DNA of 64,000 nucleotides from Escherichia phage inny, in the sequence record MN850601.1; one strand, 5' to 3'. Shown one piece after another: positions 37,611 to 45,265 of the stretch. Position 1 is the first letter of the stretch. Every line of letters begins with the position of its first letter. The position numbers were made by a program, and so were the translations under genes. The notes under the pieces were generated by a model, which was not told the DNA's origin, made no database searches, and saw only the letters and a program-made list of their open reading frames with translations.

Positions 37611-37985
37611 TTAATAGTTAACACGTTTAATTTCAACACCATAGGATGAAATAAAATTTTCCTTAGCTAACATATATTTACCAGCAGCAGAAGGATTTGA
37701 TGTATGAACATAGATAGTTTTAAGAGCATCCCATTCACCAGCGTACAACATACATTCTACATCTAAGAACGCATGATAGCCTTCTTGATCTTCTCCAAGA
37801 TCATTATCGAAGTGTATTTCTGAGATATTATTGAAATTATCTTCATCTGAAACAAAAGATGACCAATCCCCAAAAGATTTTAACCAAATGGCATCCTCAT
37901 AACCATAATCTTTAGGATCTCTTAAATCGTCTAACCAAATAATTTTAGCCACTATCAACCCCCTTCCTGTTTCTCTTCTTTCCAA
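37611..37985 (-). CDS. hypothetical protein (124 aa)
   Basis: ORF track. Confidence 0.45.
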   Translation of the reverse strand: MERRETGRGLIVAKIIWLDDLRDPKDYGYEDAIWLKSFGDWSSFVSDEDNFNNISEIHFDNDLGEDQEGYHAFLDVECMLYAGEWDALKTIYVHTSNPSAAGKYMLAKENFISSYGVEIKRVNY

Positions 37986-38146
37986 GTTTTACCTTTATCT
38001 ACCAATTGCTTAGAAACAGCAAATCTTTCTCCATTGACATAAAACAGATAAAGAATAAAGGATTTTCCTATAGTTACAGTATCTACTACTTCTACACGCT
38101 TTACACCTTGCATGTATTTGGCTTTACCTGAATAAATAAGGAACAT
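37955..38146 (-). CDS. hypothetical protein (63 aa)
   Basis: ORF track; overlaps neighbour by 31 nt so start uncertain. Confidence 0.35.
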   Translation of the reverse strand: MFLIYSGKAKYMQGVKRVEVVDTVTIGKSFILYLFYVNGERFAVSKQLVDKGKTWKEEKQEGG

Positions 38147-38424
38147 TATTTATTCCTTTTGTTGTTGATCACATCTAAAGCTGTATAAGGTTTGTTTGTA
38201 CCGCTGTATTCAAGAATAATTGGTGCATGTTCATAGACAAACTCAAAAGTACCATACACAGAATCTGCAACTGAAATAAGCATTTCAGTGCCTTCATCGT
38301 TCTTAATTAATGAAAACCTTGCCCCTGGTTTATTGAGCACTTCATATTTCTTACCTACTGTCAGCAAACCTGAATACCATTCATTTTGCACAACAGACAA
38401 ACACTTCAGATAGGTTTTTCTCAT
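38146..38424 (-). CDS. hypothetical protein (92 aa)
   Basis: ORF track. Confidence 0.45.
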   Translation of the reverse strand: MRKTYLKCLSVVQNEWYSGLLTVGKKYEVLNKPGARFSLIKNDEGTEMLISVADSVYGTFEFVYEHAPIILEYSGTNKPYTALDVINNKRNK

Positions 38425-38762
38425 TTCTTTTTGCTCCTTCTTTTAGGCTTCTCGTATAAACCTAACACAGCAGACTCTTTTGCACAGATAGGAACTGACT
38501 TCATTCCTCGTTTTTTGGCTTCTGGTAGATTCAAAACCCACCAGCCAAACCAATACAATTCATCTTCTGTGAAAGGATCTGCCATAGGATCTGCATCACG
38601 TTCTTCAAATTTAGCAAGAGCTTCTTCTATCTTTTCTATTGGAGTATCAAAGACAAAAGCCTCTGTGTCAAATTTTTGTTTCTTAGGAGCGGCCTTTGCC
38701 GCCCCCTCTTTAGATGCGTGCTTTGTTACGGATCGCTTCTTCGGTGTTTTCGCCATCAACAA
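38421..38762 (-). CDS. hypothetical basic protein (113 aa)
   Basis: ORF track; Lys/Arg-rich termini. Confidence 0.45.
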   Translation of the reverse strand: MLMAKTPKKRSVTKHASKEGAAKAAPKKQKFDTEAFVFDTPIEKIEEALAKFEERDADPMADPFTEDELYWFGWWVLNLPEAKKRGMKSVPICAKESAVLGLYEKPKRRSKKK

Positions 38763-38949
38763 CCTCCATACGGTGTAAGAAATCTTGCTGGAATCGCCAA
38801 TACTGTTGACCAGTCCTTACATCTTCGTAGATCACAACAGGATCAAACACTTTAGATACACCCGCTGGTTTAGGAAAACCAACTACACGATATAAACCAC
38901 CTTTACTAATACAAGAATATGTTACATCAGTTAAAATTTCTTTTTTCAT
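38710..38949 (-). CDS. hypothetical protein (79 aa)
   Basis: ORF track. Confidence 0.4.
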   Translation of the reverse strand: MKKEILTDVTYSCISKGGLYRVVGFPKPAGVSKVFDPVVIYEDVRTGQQYWRFQQDFLHRMEVVDGENTEEAIRNKARI

Positions 38950-39143
38950 TTTTTAATAAACTCCAAAACAGGTACGTGATCAGCAGTCAAAGTTACACAA
39001 TTGTAACTTACCTTTTCAACTTCAGAGAATGCTTCAACCCAAAGCAAGAAATTCTCTTTAGCTTCTTCATAATTCAATGTTGACTTAACAACATGGAACT
39101 CACCAAGAATTACTCTATAGATTGTTTGCATAGTTTGATTCAT
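38946..39143 (-). CDS. hypothetical protein (65 aa)
   Basis: ORF track. Confidence 0.4.
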   Translation of the reverse strand: MNQTMQTIYRVILGEFHVVKSTLNYEEAKENFLLWVEAFSEVEKVSYNCVTLTADHVPVLEFIKK

Positions 39144-39209
39144 TTATTTTTCCTTTGTTTAAAATGTGTTAAACAATCGCAAATGCTCGTGACGCACTTT
39201 GTGATCCCA

Positions 39210-39578
39210 CTAATTAACGTCAGCACTATGATTGTTGAGAGTATAGGATACTCCATCGCCCAAGTCAACATGAATCTCAACTCCTAACTGTCTTTCTAAT
39301 GGTAAACGTTTTGAGAATTGATAATTACAAAGTTTGCAATCTAAGTCAAGCAACTCATGTTTGCTTAAACCTGGGATGATAACTTTGCTTCCCACTGTCC
39401 ACTCAATACCTTCAAAGTTATCTCTTCTTTTCAAAATGTCAAGTAAGAAGATGATTTGTTGCCATTCCGTAGACAAGTCTTCTTCATAGAACGCAGAACA
39501 AAAAGTTTTATCATCGTAGAAAGCATACATTATGCCTCCATCTACTGTTTCACTTCTAACGTAACGTGTGACCCTCAT
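39210..39578 (-). CDS. hypothetical protein (122 aa), first gene of the - strand block
   Basis: ORF track; GGAGG RBS upstream on - strand. Confidence 0.45.
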   Translation of the reverse strand: MRVTRYVRSETVDGGIMYAFYDDKTFCSAFYEEDLSTEWQQIIFLLDILKRRDNFEGIEWTVGSKVIIPGLSKHELLDLDCKLCNYQFSKRLPLERQLGVEIHVDLGDGVSYTLNNHSADVN

Positions 39579-39709
39579 TATTCCCTCCTGTATAGCTCTG
39601 TAACGAGCTAATGGCCTTTAAGATATGCAATCACCTTACCTCACAGTAAAACTCGTTACAATCGTTTTTAGGAGGTTTAGGTTGTACTTAAAAATAATCT
39701 AAAAAGGTG

Positions 39710-39738
39710 TTGACAAACGCAAAAAAGTATGCTACCCT
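39710..39738 (+). promoter_or_regulatory. promoter-like element (TTGACA-N17-TACCCT) in divergent intergenic region
   Basis: Good -35 with weak -10; no ORF follows for about 260 nt. Confidence 0.25.
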
Positions 39739-39885
39739 AACCCCCGAAAAACGCCGAGCGCAGCGAGGGGGTGTTATCTAATCTTGTGATACATGATCTA
39801 ACAGACAACTGAGTAGTCTACATATAGCACTATGTTATGTCTATAATACTAACATACATACTCTATACTAACAATAGATTCTTTA

Positions 39886-39926
39886 TTAATTTTATTATTA
39901 ATTAAATAATAAATTAAATAATAAAT
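39886..39926. repeat. AT-rich tandem repeat (TTAAATAATAAA x2 plus related TTATTA units)
   Basis: Direct 12-mer duplication read in sequence immediately upstream of promoter at 39932; UP-element-like. Confidence 0.5.
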
Positions 39927-39931
39927 ATCTA

Positions 39932-39960
39932 TTGACTTTAGATCTATCTGTATGTAGAGT
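39932..39960 (+). promoter_or_regulatory. sigma70-like promoter (TTGACT-N17-TAGAGT)
   Basis: Consensus-like hexamers 40 nt upstream of gene at 40000. Confidence 0.5.
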
Positions 39961-39999
39961 AGAGAACATAAAGTCCTAACTCAACTAAGGAGATAAACA

Positions 40000-40893
40000 A
40001 TGAAAGTTAGTATTCTACATGGTGTTGACTGTTATGTTACTGATGTAGACGTTAAAGTCTTTACATTCTCTGGTGGAGAACAACATGTTCAACTAGACAC
40101 GAATCTATCAGGTTTCAATCATGCTACAGACAGAATCTTACTCTCTTTAGAAGTAAGATCTGCTAAAGACTTGATGACTTTGGTTATGACTAAGAATGCA
40201 TTGGACAATATGCTATATCATAAACCATATTGTGTTGATTTACTCATGTTGTATGTGCCGTATGCACGACAAGACAGAGTGTGTGAGCCTGGGGAAGCAT
40301 TCGGAGTTAAAGCCTTTGCTTCTATAATTAATTCATTAAATTTCTCACGTGTTATCGTTGCTGATCCACATAGTGATGTTACTCCGGCAGTGTTTGACAG
40401 ACTCTGTGTAATACCTCAAGAAGAGATTGCTTACGAAACTTTAAAGTGGAAGTTACGTATGGAGAATTTTGCTCTTGTTAGTCCTGATGGTGGTGCTCTT
40501 AAGAAAATATTTAAATTATCTAAGAAAATGTCTTTAGATGTGTTCTGTGCAGAGAAGGTTAGAGATACTGCAACAGGTGCTATTGTTCGTACAGACATTT
40601 CTGTACAGGATTTCAATAAGCGTAACCTGATGATCGTAGATGATATCTGTGACGGCGGTAGAACTTTTATTGAATTGGCTAAAGTGCTACGTGCTCGTAA
40701 CGCAGGTAAGATTGAGTTATATGTTACACACGGTATCTTTTCTAAAGGTCTTAAAGAGTTAAGTGAGCACTTTGACTGCATTCATTCTCTTAATGTGTGG
40801 GAAGATAACATCCAAGAAGATTCCGGTGTTCTTGTTAAGAATCAGTCAGATTTGCAACAACAAATTGTATCTCCATACGTGTGGAATTTTTAA
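40000..40893 (+). CDS. ribose-phosphate pyrophosphokinase family protein (Prs-like; candidate ADP-ribose pyrophosphokinase of an NAD+ reconstitution pair)
   Basis: PRPP-synthetase-like motifs VADPHSD and MIVDDICDGGRTF; 297 aa; AGGAGA RBS. Confidence 0.8.
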   Translation: MKVSILHGVDCYVTDVDVKVFTFSGGEQHVQLDTNLSGFNHATDRILLSLEVRSAKDLMTLVMTKNALDNMLYHKPYCVDLLMLYVPYARQDRVCEPGEAFGVKAFASIINSLNFSRVIVADPHSDVTPAVFDRLCVIPQEEIAYETLKWKLRMENFALVSPDGGALKKIFKLSKKMSLDVFCAEKVRDTATGAIVRTDISVQDFNKRNLMIVDDICDGGRTFIELAKVLRARNAGKIELYVTHGIFSKGLKELSEHFDCIHSLNVWEDNIQEDSGVLVKNQSDLQQQIVSPYVWNF

Positions 40894-40903
40894 ATAATAA
40901 GTG

Positions 40904-40932
40904 TTGACAATAGGGAGTATGCTTAGTAAGAT
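40904..40932 (+). promoter_or_regulatory. sigma70-like promoter (GTGTTGACA-N17-TAAGAT)
   Basis: Consensus -35 with -10-like TAAGAT upstream of 40965. Confidence 0.5.
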
Positions 40933-40964
40933 ACTCCCACACTAACAAACAAGGAGACATAACT

Positions 40965-42698
40965 ATGAATATTTTTGCACCTTTTGCTACTGATTGGTAT
41001 AAACCTGGTCACAAGCAGATGTACAACCAAAATACAAAACTCATTTTCTCTAATTTAACTCCTCGTAATGATAAAAACTTTGCACACTATGCAGATCGTG
41101 AAGCACGTGGTGTAATTGTTTTAGGTATTCGTCGAGCAGTTACTGATGCTCTTGTAACTATGTGGGATAGCTTCTTTAAAATGTCTCGTAGTGCAGCAGT
41201 AAATAAATTTTATCGTATGTCTAAAAATGCATTAGGTGCTTCTGCTCCTTCTGCTGAATGTTGGGGAGAATTGCACGATTTAGGTTATCTTCCGCTGGAA
41301 GTTCGATCTCTGCCAGAAGGTGTTTTGTGTCCTATTGGTGTTCCTGTGTTTACTGTGCATAATACTTTAGAAAAATTCTTTTGGTTAACTAACTATGTGG
41401 AAACACTATTGTCAGATGAAACTTGGAAGACAATGACTAATGCTACAGCAGCTTTTCAGTATAAGCGTATTGCTATGGCATATGCGATGGCAACGTGTGA
41501 TAATATTGATCATGTTAACTTCCAGTGTCATGATTTTAGCCTACGTGGTTTAAGTAATATCGAAGATGGTTATAAGAGTGGTATCGCTCATTTGGCATCT
41601 TTCACAGGAACAGATAACATTCTGGCTATTGAGACTGTGCATGATTATTATGGTATTGATTATGATCAGTTTGTTGCAGGTTCTATTCCGGCAACAGAAC
41701 ATTCAGTAGCAACGACTAACATTGGAGCTATTGTTGAAGATCTGAAGAAACATTTCCCACATCTTAAAGATGATGTTGATGGGCTTCGTTATGTAGCAGA
41801 GAAAGAGTTTCTTCGCCGCTATATTGAAGAAATTGTTCCAGAAGGTTTTTGTTCATATGTAGCAGATTCTTATGACTACTGGGCTGTCTTGACTCGCATT
41901 CTGGTCGAGTTGAAAGATTCCATTATGTCACGAAATGGTCGTCTTGTTATTCGTCCAGATTCAGGAGATCCGGTTAAAGTTGTTGCAGGATACAATGTTG
42001 AATCTTTTGATAACTATGAAGACCTTTTAAATAATGGTATTGCTACAGCCACTGAAGTAGTTCATTTGGCTGATGTTAATAAGTATTACAATGTTCTTCA
42101 GGATTGCAGTGTTGCTGATTGTATTGATGAAACTTATGAGATTCCTTATTGTGAAGCAGTAGGTTCTATTCAAATCCTTTGGGAAGTGTTTGGTGGTACT
42201 ATCAACCGAAAAGGCTACAAGGTTCTTGATCAGCACATCGGTATGATTTATGGTGATTCTATTACTGTTGAACGAGAACACGAAATCTTACGCCGACTGA
42301 AGAAGAAAGGTTTTGCAGCTTCCAATATTGTATTTGGTGTTGGTAGTTATACTTATCAGTTCAATACACGAGATACTTTTGGTTTTGCTGTTAAAGCAAC
42401 AGGTAGTATCATCGGTGAACACGAAATTTTGGTAAGTAAGGAGCCTAAAACTGATCCTGGTAAACGTTCTGCAAAAGGTTTTATTAAGGTTGTTAAGGAT
42501 ACAAACGGTAAACTTTCTCTCGTGGATAATCTTTCTTTTAAAGATATTCAAGATGAAGACAATGAGTTAAAAGTTATCTTCAGGGATGGTACGGTTATTA
42601 CACCACAAGTAGAAGGACGTGATGAAACATTTACGGATATCCGCAATCGTGTTGATGTAGAGGTTCTTCGTACTATGGGAACCATCCAGGTTGACTAA
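40965..42698 (+). CDS. nicotinamide phosphoribosyltransferase family protein (NadV/NAMPT-like; candidate nicotinamide ADP-ribose transferase)
   Basis: N-terminal FATDWYKPGHK (NAMPT DxYKxxH), 577 aa, family-typical size. Confidence 0.8.
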   Translation: MNIFAPFATDWYKPGHKQMYNQNTKLIFSNLTPRNDKNFAHYADREARGVIVLGIRRAVTDALVTMWDSFFKMSRSAAVNKFYRMSKNALGASAPSAECWGELHDLGYLPLEVRSLPEGVLCPIGVPVFTVHNTLEKFFWLTNYVETLLSDETWKTMTNATAAFQYKRIAMAYAMATCDNIDHVNFQCHDFSLRGLSNIEDGYKSGIAHLASFTGTDNILAIETVHDYYGIDYDQFVAGSIPATEHSVATTNIGAIVEDLKKHFPHLKDDVDGLRYVAEKEFLRRYIEEIVPEGFCSYVADSYDYWAVLTRILVELKDSIMSRNGRLVIRPDSGDPVKVVAGYNVESFDNYEDLLNNGIATATEVVHLADVNKYYNVLQDCSVADCIDETYEIPYCEAVGSIQILWEVFGGTINRKGYKVLDQHIGMIYGDSITVEREHEILRRLKKKGFAASNIVFGVGSYTYQFNTRDTFGFAVKATGSIIGEHEILVSKEPKTDPGKRSAKGFIKVVKDTNGKLSLVDNLSFKDIQDEDNELKVIFRDGTVITPQVEGRDETFTDIRNRVDVEVLRTMGTIQVD

Positions 42699-42769
42699 AT
42701 AAAAACTTCGTGATAAGATTAAGGTAAGGAGAGCCTGCAACTGCCCTGGATGGGCTTCACGAAGGATTT

Positions 42770-42991
42770 ATGAAACAACATAATTTTTATTTTCGTTGCC
42801 GAGCCTGTAACAGACACTTGACTAATCATTCCCGTAGAGACAGGAATGGTAATATTCAAGAGTCGGATCTATGCTCGATTTGTACAAGTTTGGCATTCGA
42901 CGACAGTCCCGAAAGGGTTTATCAACATCAAAGTGTAACTGATCTTCTTCTAAATTACACAGCACCAGAGGAGGAATTAGATTTCACATAA
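42770..42991 (+). CDS. hypothetical protein with CxxC...CxxC zinc-finger-like motif
   Basis: ORF track; CRACNRH...CSICTS. Confidence 0.45.
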   Translation: MKQHNFYFRCRACNRHLTNHSRRDRNGNIQESDLCSICTSLAFDDSPERVYQHQSVTDLLLNYTAPEEELDFT

Positions 42992-43004
42992 TTAAGGAAA
43001 CAGT

Positions 43005-43115
43005 ATGTCTACAGAAATTATTTTTGGCTTATCTGTTTTTATTGCTATTGTATCTTTTGTATGCGGTTATACACTAGGTTACAGATCAAGAAAAAATATT
43101 GTAAAAACTAGTTGA
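43005..43115 (+). CDS. small membrane peptide (36 aa)
   Basis: Hand-translated; AAGGAAACAG upstream; single TM-like segment IIFGLSVFIAIVSFVCGYTLGY. Confidence 0.3.
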   Translation: MSTEIIFGLSVFIAIVSFVCGYTLGYRSRKNIVKTS

Positions 43116-43141
43116 CAACATAGCTAGTTATTTGCTAAGAT
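43112..43141 (+). promoter_or_regulatory. sigma70-like promoter (TTGACA-N18-TAAGAT)
   Basis: Consensus hexamers upstream of 43172. Confidence 0.45.
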
Positions 43142-43171
43142 AAGCACAAGTTAAACAAAAAGGAGAAAACT

Positions 43172-43438
43172 ATGACAGAAAAGACTTATGGTAAAGAATT
43201 GATTGAGAAGCACGTATTGATTGATAATAAAGGTGGAGCAATCTTTATTTTTGAACCTGAATCAGTTCTTACTGAAAACGAAAATGGTAGCGTTAGCCTT
43301 AAAACAGAAAGTTTGGTAATTGACTTCCTTGCTCTTCTGGATGAAATGGGGCTTCCTCACGAAGAAGAAGCAGCTATTGCTTTGATTGCAGTTCTTCTGG
43401 AGAAACGCGAAGCTGGTGAAATGACCCAGTATGCTTAA
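43172..43438 (+). CDS. hypothetical acidic protein (88 aa)
   Basis: ORF track; AAAGGAGAAAAC RBS. Confidence 0.45.
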   Translation: MTEKTYGKELIEKHVLIDNKGGAIFIFEPESVLTENENGSVSLKTESLVIDFLALLDEMGLPHEEEAAIALIAVLLEKREAGEMTQYA

Positions 43439-43445
43439 TATTCAA

Positions 43446-43521
43446 GGTTCCATAGCTCACTGACGAGAGCGCACACCTCATAAGTGTCGAGGGCAGGGAT
43501 TGTAACCCTGGGGAACCACCA
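43446..43521 (+). tRNA. tRNA-like gene, anticodon CAT (Met or Ile2), non-canonical T-loop ATTGTAA
   Basis: Hand fold: acceptor GGTTCC/GGAACC, D-arm GCTC...GAGC, anticodon loop CTCATAA, T-stem CAGGG/CCCTG, encoded ACCA end. Confidence 0.45.
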
Positions 43522-43552
43522 TTTAAAAGGAGGTGCTATGCATCTCCTATAT

Positions 43553-43638
43553 GCAAGTGTGGTGGAATTGGTGATACACATTGTGCTTAAAACGCAACGC
43601 TTAAATGATTGAGGGTTCGAATCCCTCCACTTGCACCA
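43553..43638 (+). tRNA. tRNA-Leu (anticodon TAA), type II
   Basis: Hand fold: acceptor GCAAGTG/CACTTGC, anticodon loop CTTAAAA, long variable arm, T-arm GAGGG-TTCGAAT-CCCTC, encoded CCA. Confidence 0.75.
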
Positions 43639-43640
43639 AC

Positions 43641-43746
43641 GCCTAGTAGGGTATTTGGTAATTCCGAGGCCATCAAAGCCTGAAAAATATGTTAGACCGT
43701 TTTGTCTAACTAAATACGAAATATGGTTCGATTCCATAACTAGGCT
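43641..43746 (+). tRNA. atypical long tRNA-like gene (106 nt); possible anticodon TCA (opal-reading) - uncertain
   Basis: Perfect acceptor GCCTAGT/ACTAGGC and T-arm TATGG-TTCGATT-CCATA; candidate anticodon loop CATCAAA; 7-bp hairpin in extended variable region; no encoded CCA. Confidence 0.3.
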
Positions 43747-43781
43747 CCCGATTTAAATAGTAATTTTTTAATAAAAATATC

Positions 43782-43810
43782 TTGACATTTACTTAGTTTT
43801 TTGTTATAGT
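43782..43810 (+). promoter_or_regulatory. sigma70-like promoter (TTGACA-N17-TATAGT)
   Basis: Near-consensus; transcript would start right at tRNA-like gene at 43822. Confidence 0.55.
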
Positions 43811-43821
43811 CATTATGAAAA

Positions 43822-43903
43822 CGGGGTGTATCTCACCTGACTTCTAATCAGGCGTTAACCGAGTAATTGGAGTATGCAGGTTCGAATCCTGTCACCCCGG
43901 CCA
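43822..43903 (+). tRNA. tRNA-Arg-like (anticodon TCT) with non-canonical architecture (no D-arm, 23-nt insert before T-arm)
   Basis: Perfect acceptor CGGGGTG/CACCCCG, anticodon arm CCTGA-CTTCTAA-TCAGG, T-arm GCAGG-TTCGAAT-CCTGT, encoded CCA; only 7 nt between acceptor and anticodon stem. Confidence 0.4.
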
Positions 43904-43920
43904 AAAAGTTTTAAAAACTA

Positions 43921-43949
43921 CTTGACAAGCAAGATAGTTTTATGTTAGA
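43921..43949 (+). promoter_or_regulatory. sigma70-like promoter (TTGACA-N17-TTAGAT)
   Basis: Consensus -35; upstream of tRNA-Ser. Confidence 0.45.
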
Positions 43950-43965
43950 TTTAAAGTATGGTAAC

Positions 43966-44055
43966 AGGAAGGTAGGGCGCAGCGGTGCGCAACCAGGTTT
44001 GAACCCTGGCCCATTGTAGCGATACGGTGATGGTTCGACTCCATTATCTTCCTCC
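43966..44055 (+). tRNA. tRNA-Ser (anticodon TGA), type II
   Basis: Hand fold: acceptor GGAAGGT/ATCTTCC, anticodon arm CCAGG-TTTGAAC-CCTGG, long variable arm, T-loop TTCGACT, encoded CCA. Confidence 0.65.
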
Positions 44056-44236
44056 AAATTCGCTTAGGAGCTTTATGAATTATAAAACTATTGGACAGAT
44101 TGTTACCGGAGTTAAGATTGTAAATAATAAAGTTGTTTATGAGTATTCTAATCTTCAACAATCTGAAGATGGTAAGAATATTCGTATGGTAAAAGCAGAA
44201 CAAAAAGATTCCGGTTGTTTTGAATAATTAAGAACG

Positions 44237-44321
44237 GTAGATTGGTGAAATGGTAGCCACAACAGTTTGCTAAACTGTCGTCGGAAACGGCGTGTAGGTT
44301 CAAGTCCTACATCTACCGCCA
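44237..44321 (+). tRNA. tRNA-Ser (anticodon GCT), type II
   Basis: Hand fold: acceptor GGTAGAT/ATCTACC, anticodon arm ACAGT-TTGCTAA-ACTGT, variable hairpin CGTCG-GAAA-CGGCG, T-arm GTAGG-TTCAAGT-CCTAC, CCA. Confidence 0.7.
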
Positions 44322-44491
44322 AGTTATCTTTAATGTAGCTTGTTGCTCTTAGTTGCTTGGTGTAACTTTTTGGAAGGATGGCTGCAACCATCTTACTTTA
44401 ATAGAGTAAACTTTCGGCAGATGGCCCCCACCATCTTACCGATACCTCATAGTTAGTGGTGCGAACACTGGCTATTTTAAAGATAATTTAT
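44322..44491 (+). other. unassigned structured spacer inside tRNA array (two GATGG-loop-CCATCTTAC hairpins)
   Basis: Repeated motif CCATCTTAC and hairpins resembling the 3' end of adjacent tRNA-Ser; no complete cloverleaf found by hand. Confidence 0.3.
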
Positions 44492-44567
44492 ACATCGTTA
44501 GCTTAGTTGGTAGAGCAAGGGGCTTTTAACTCCAAGGTCGAAGGTTCGAATCCTTCACGATGTACCA
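44492..44567 (+). tRNA. tRNA-Lys (anticodon TTT)
   Basis: Hand fold: acceptor ACATCGT/ACGATGT, D-arm GCTT-AGTTGGTA-GAGC, anticodon loop CTTTTAA, T-arm GAAGG-TTCGAAT-CCTTC, CCA. Confidence 0.7.
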
Positions 44568-44572
44568 AACAC

Positions 44573-44659
44573 GTAGGTATCGCATAGCGGCAATTGCTGG
44601 AGACTGTAAATCTCCTGCCCTTCGGGGCTTCGTTGGTTCGAGTCCAACTACCTGCACCA
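44573..44659 (+). tRNA. tRNA-Tyr (anticodon GTA), type II
   Basis: Hand fold: acceptor GTAGGTA/TACCTGC, anticodon arm GGAGA-CTGTAAA-TCTCC, variable hairpin, T-arm GTTGG-TTCGAGT-CCAAC, CCA. Confidence 0.7.
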
Positions 44660-44666
44660 AATTAAA

Positions 44667-44751
44667 GATGGATTGGCCTAGTGGTTGGGCGACGGACTGT
44701 TAATCCGTGAACGAAAGTTCTAGCAAGGTTCAAATCCTTGATCCATCGCCA
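44667..44751 (+). tRNA. tRNA with Asn-type anticodon arm (GTT) but long 15-nt variable arm
   Basis: Hand fold: acceptor GATGGAT/ATCCATC, anticodon arm ACGGA-CTGTTAA-TCCGT, variable hairpin GAAC-GAAA-GTTC, T-arm CAAGG-TTCAAAT-CCTTG, CCA. Confidence 0.6.
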
Positions 44752-44830
44752 AATAGTGCTTGTAGAGTTAATAGAAACCTCTAGAATTTTCTAGAATTGT
44801 AGGTATCAAATCCTACCAAGCAAATATTTT

Positions 44831-44905
44831 GCTCCTATCGTATAACGGCTATTACGGTTGCCTTGTAAGCAACTTATCAGGGTTCGAGTCCTTGTGGGAG
44901 CACCA
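44831..44905 (+). tRNA. tRNA-Thr (anticodon TGT)
   Basis: Hand fold: acceptor GCTCCTA/TGGGAGC, anticodon arm GTTGC-CTTGTAA-GCAAC, T-arm CAGGG-TTCGAGT-CCTTG, CCA. Confidence 0.7.
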
Positions 44906-44927
44906 ATTTAACTCTAAAGGAGTGTAT

Positions 44928-45251
44928 GTGACAGAAAAAGAGTTAGAGAAATATTTTAATATCAATGTTTTCGATGGTTTTGATGATATTGAAGATGTTG
45001 AAAGATATTATGAAGTAGAGTTAGATAAGGATAACATTGTAATTCTTTCTGCCACTTATGATTGTGCATATTATGAAGGCGAATCTCACGTTTATTTCTA
45101 TGATATGAAAACATCTTTGTTTTATGAAGTACACGCATATCATTGTTCTTGTTATGGCTTAGAAGGTCAGTGGGAACCTGAAGAAATAGGTGATTTGAGC
45201 TTTACGGTTGCATATCTAAACAGACGTGGTGCATCTACTATTTTAAAATAA
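44928..45251 (+). CDS. hypothetical protein embedded in tRNA array (about 107 aa)
   Basis: ORF track 44829-45251 trimmed to GTG after AAGGAG RBS to avoid overlap with tRNA-Thr; Cys/His/Tyr-rich. Confidence 0.45.
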   Translation: MTEKELEKYFNINVFDGFDDIEDVERYYEVELDKDNIVILSATYDCAYYEGESHVYFYDMKTSLFYEVHAYHCSCYGLEGQWEPEEIGDLSFTVAYLNRRGASTILK

Positions 45252-45265
45252 ATATTAAAAGCCTC

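Noticed and set aside
39886-39926. CRISPR array or other long repeat array
   Set aside because: Only short AT-rich tandem duplications and recurring terminator hairpins are present; no regularly spaced direct repeats with unique spacers anywhere in the window.
44752-44830. tRNA-like segment between the GTT tRNA and tRNA-Thr
   Set aside because: Only a T-arm-like hairpin with an 8-nt loop and a partial acceptor pairing; no anticodon arm could be folded (the TCTAGA inverted repeat forms a tight hairpin instead). Probably a degenerate tRNA remnant.
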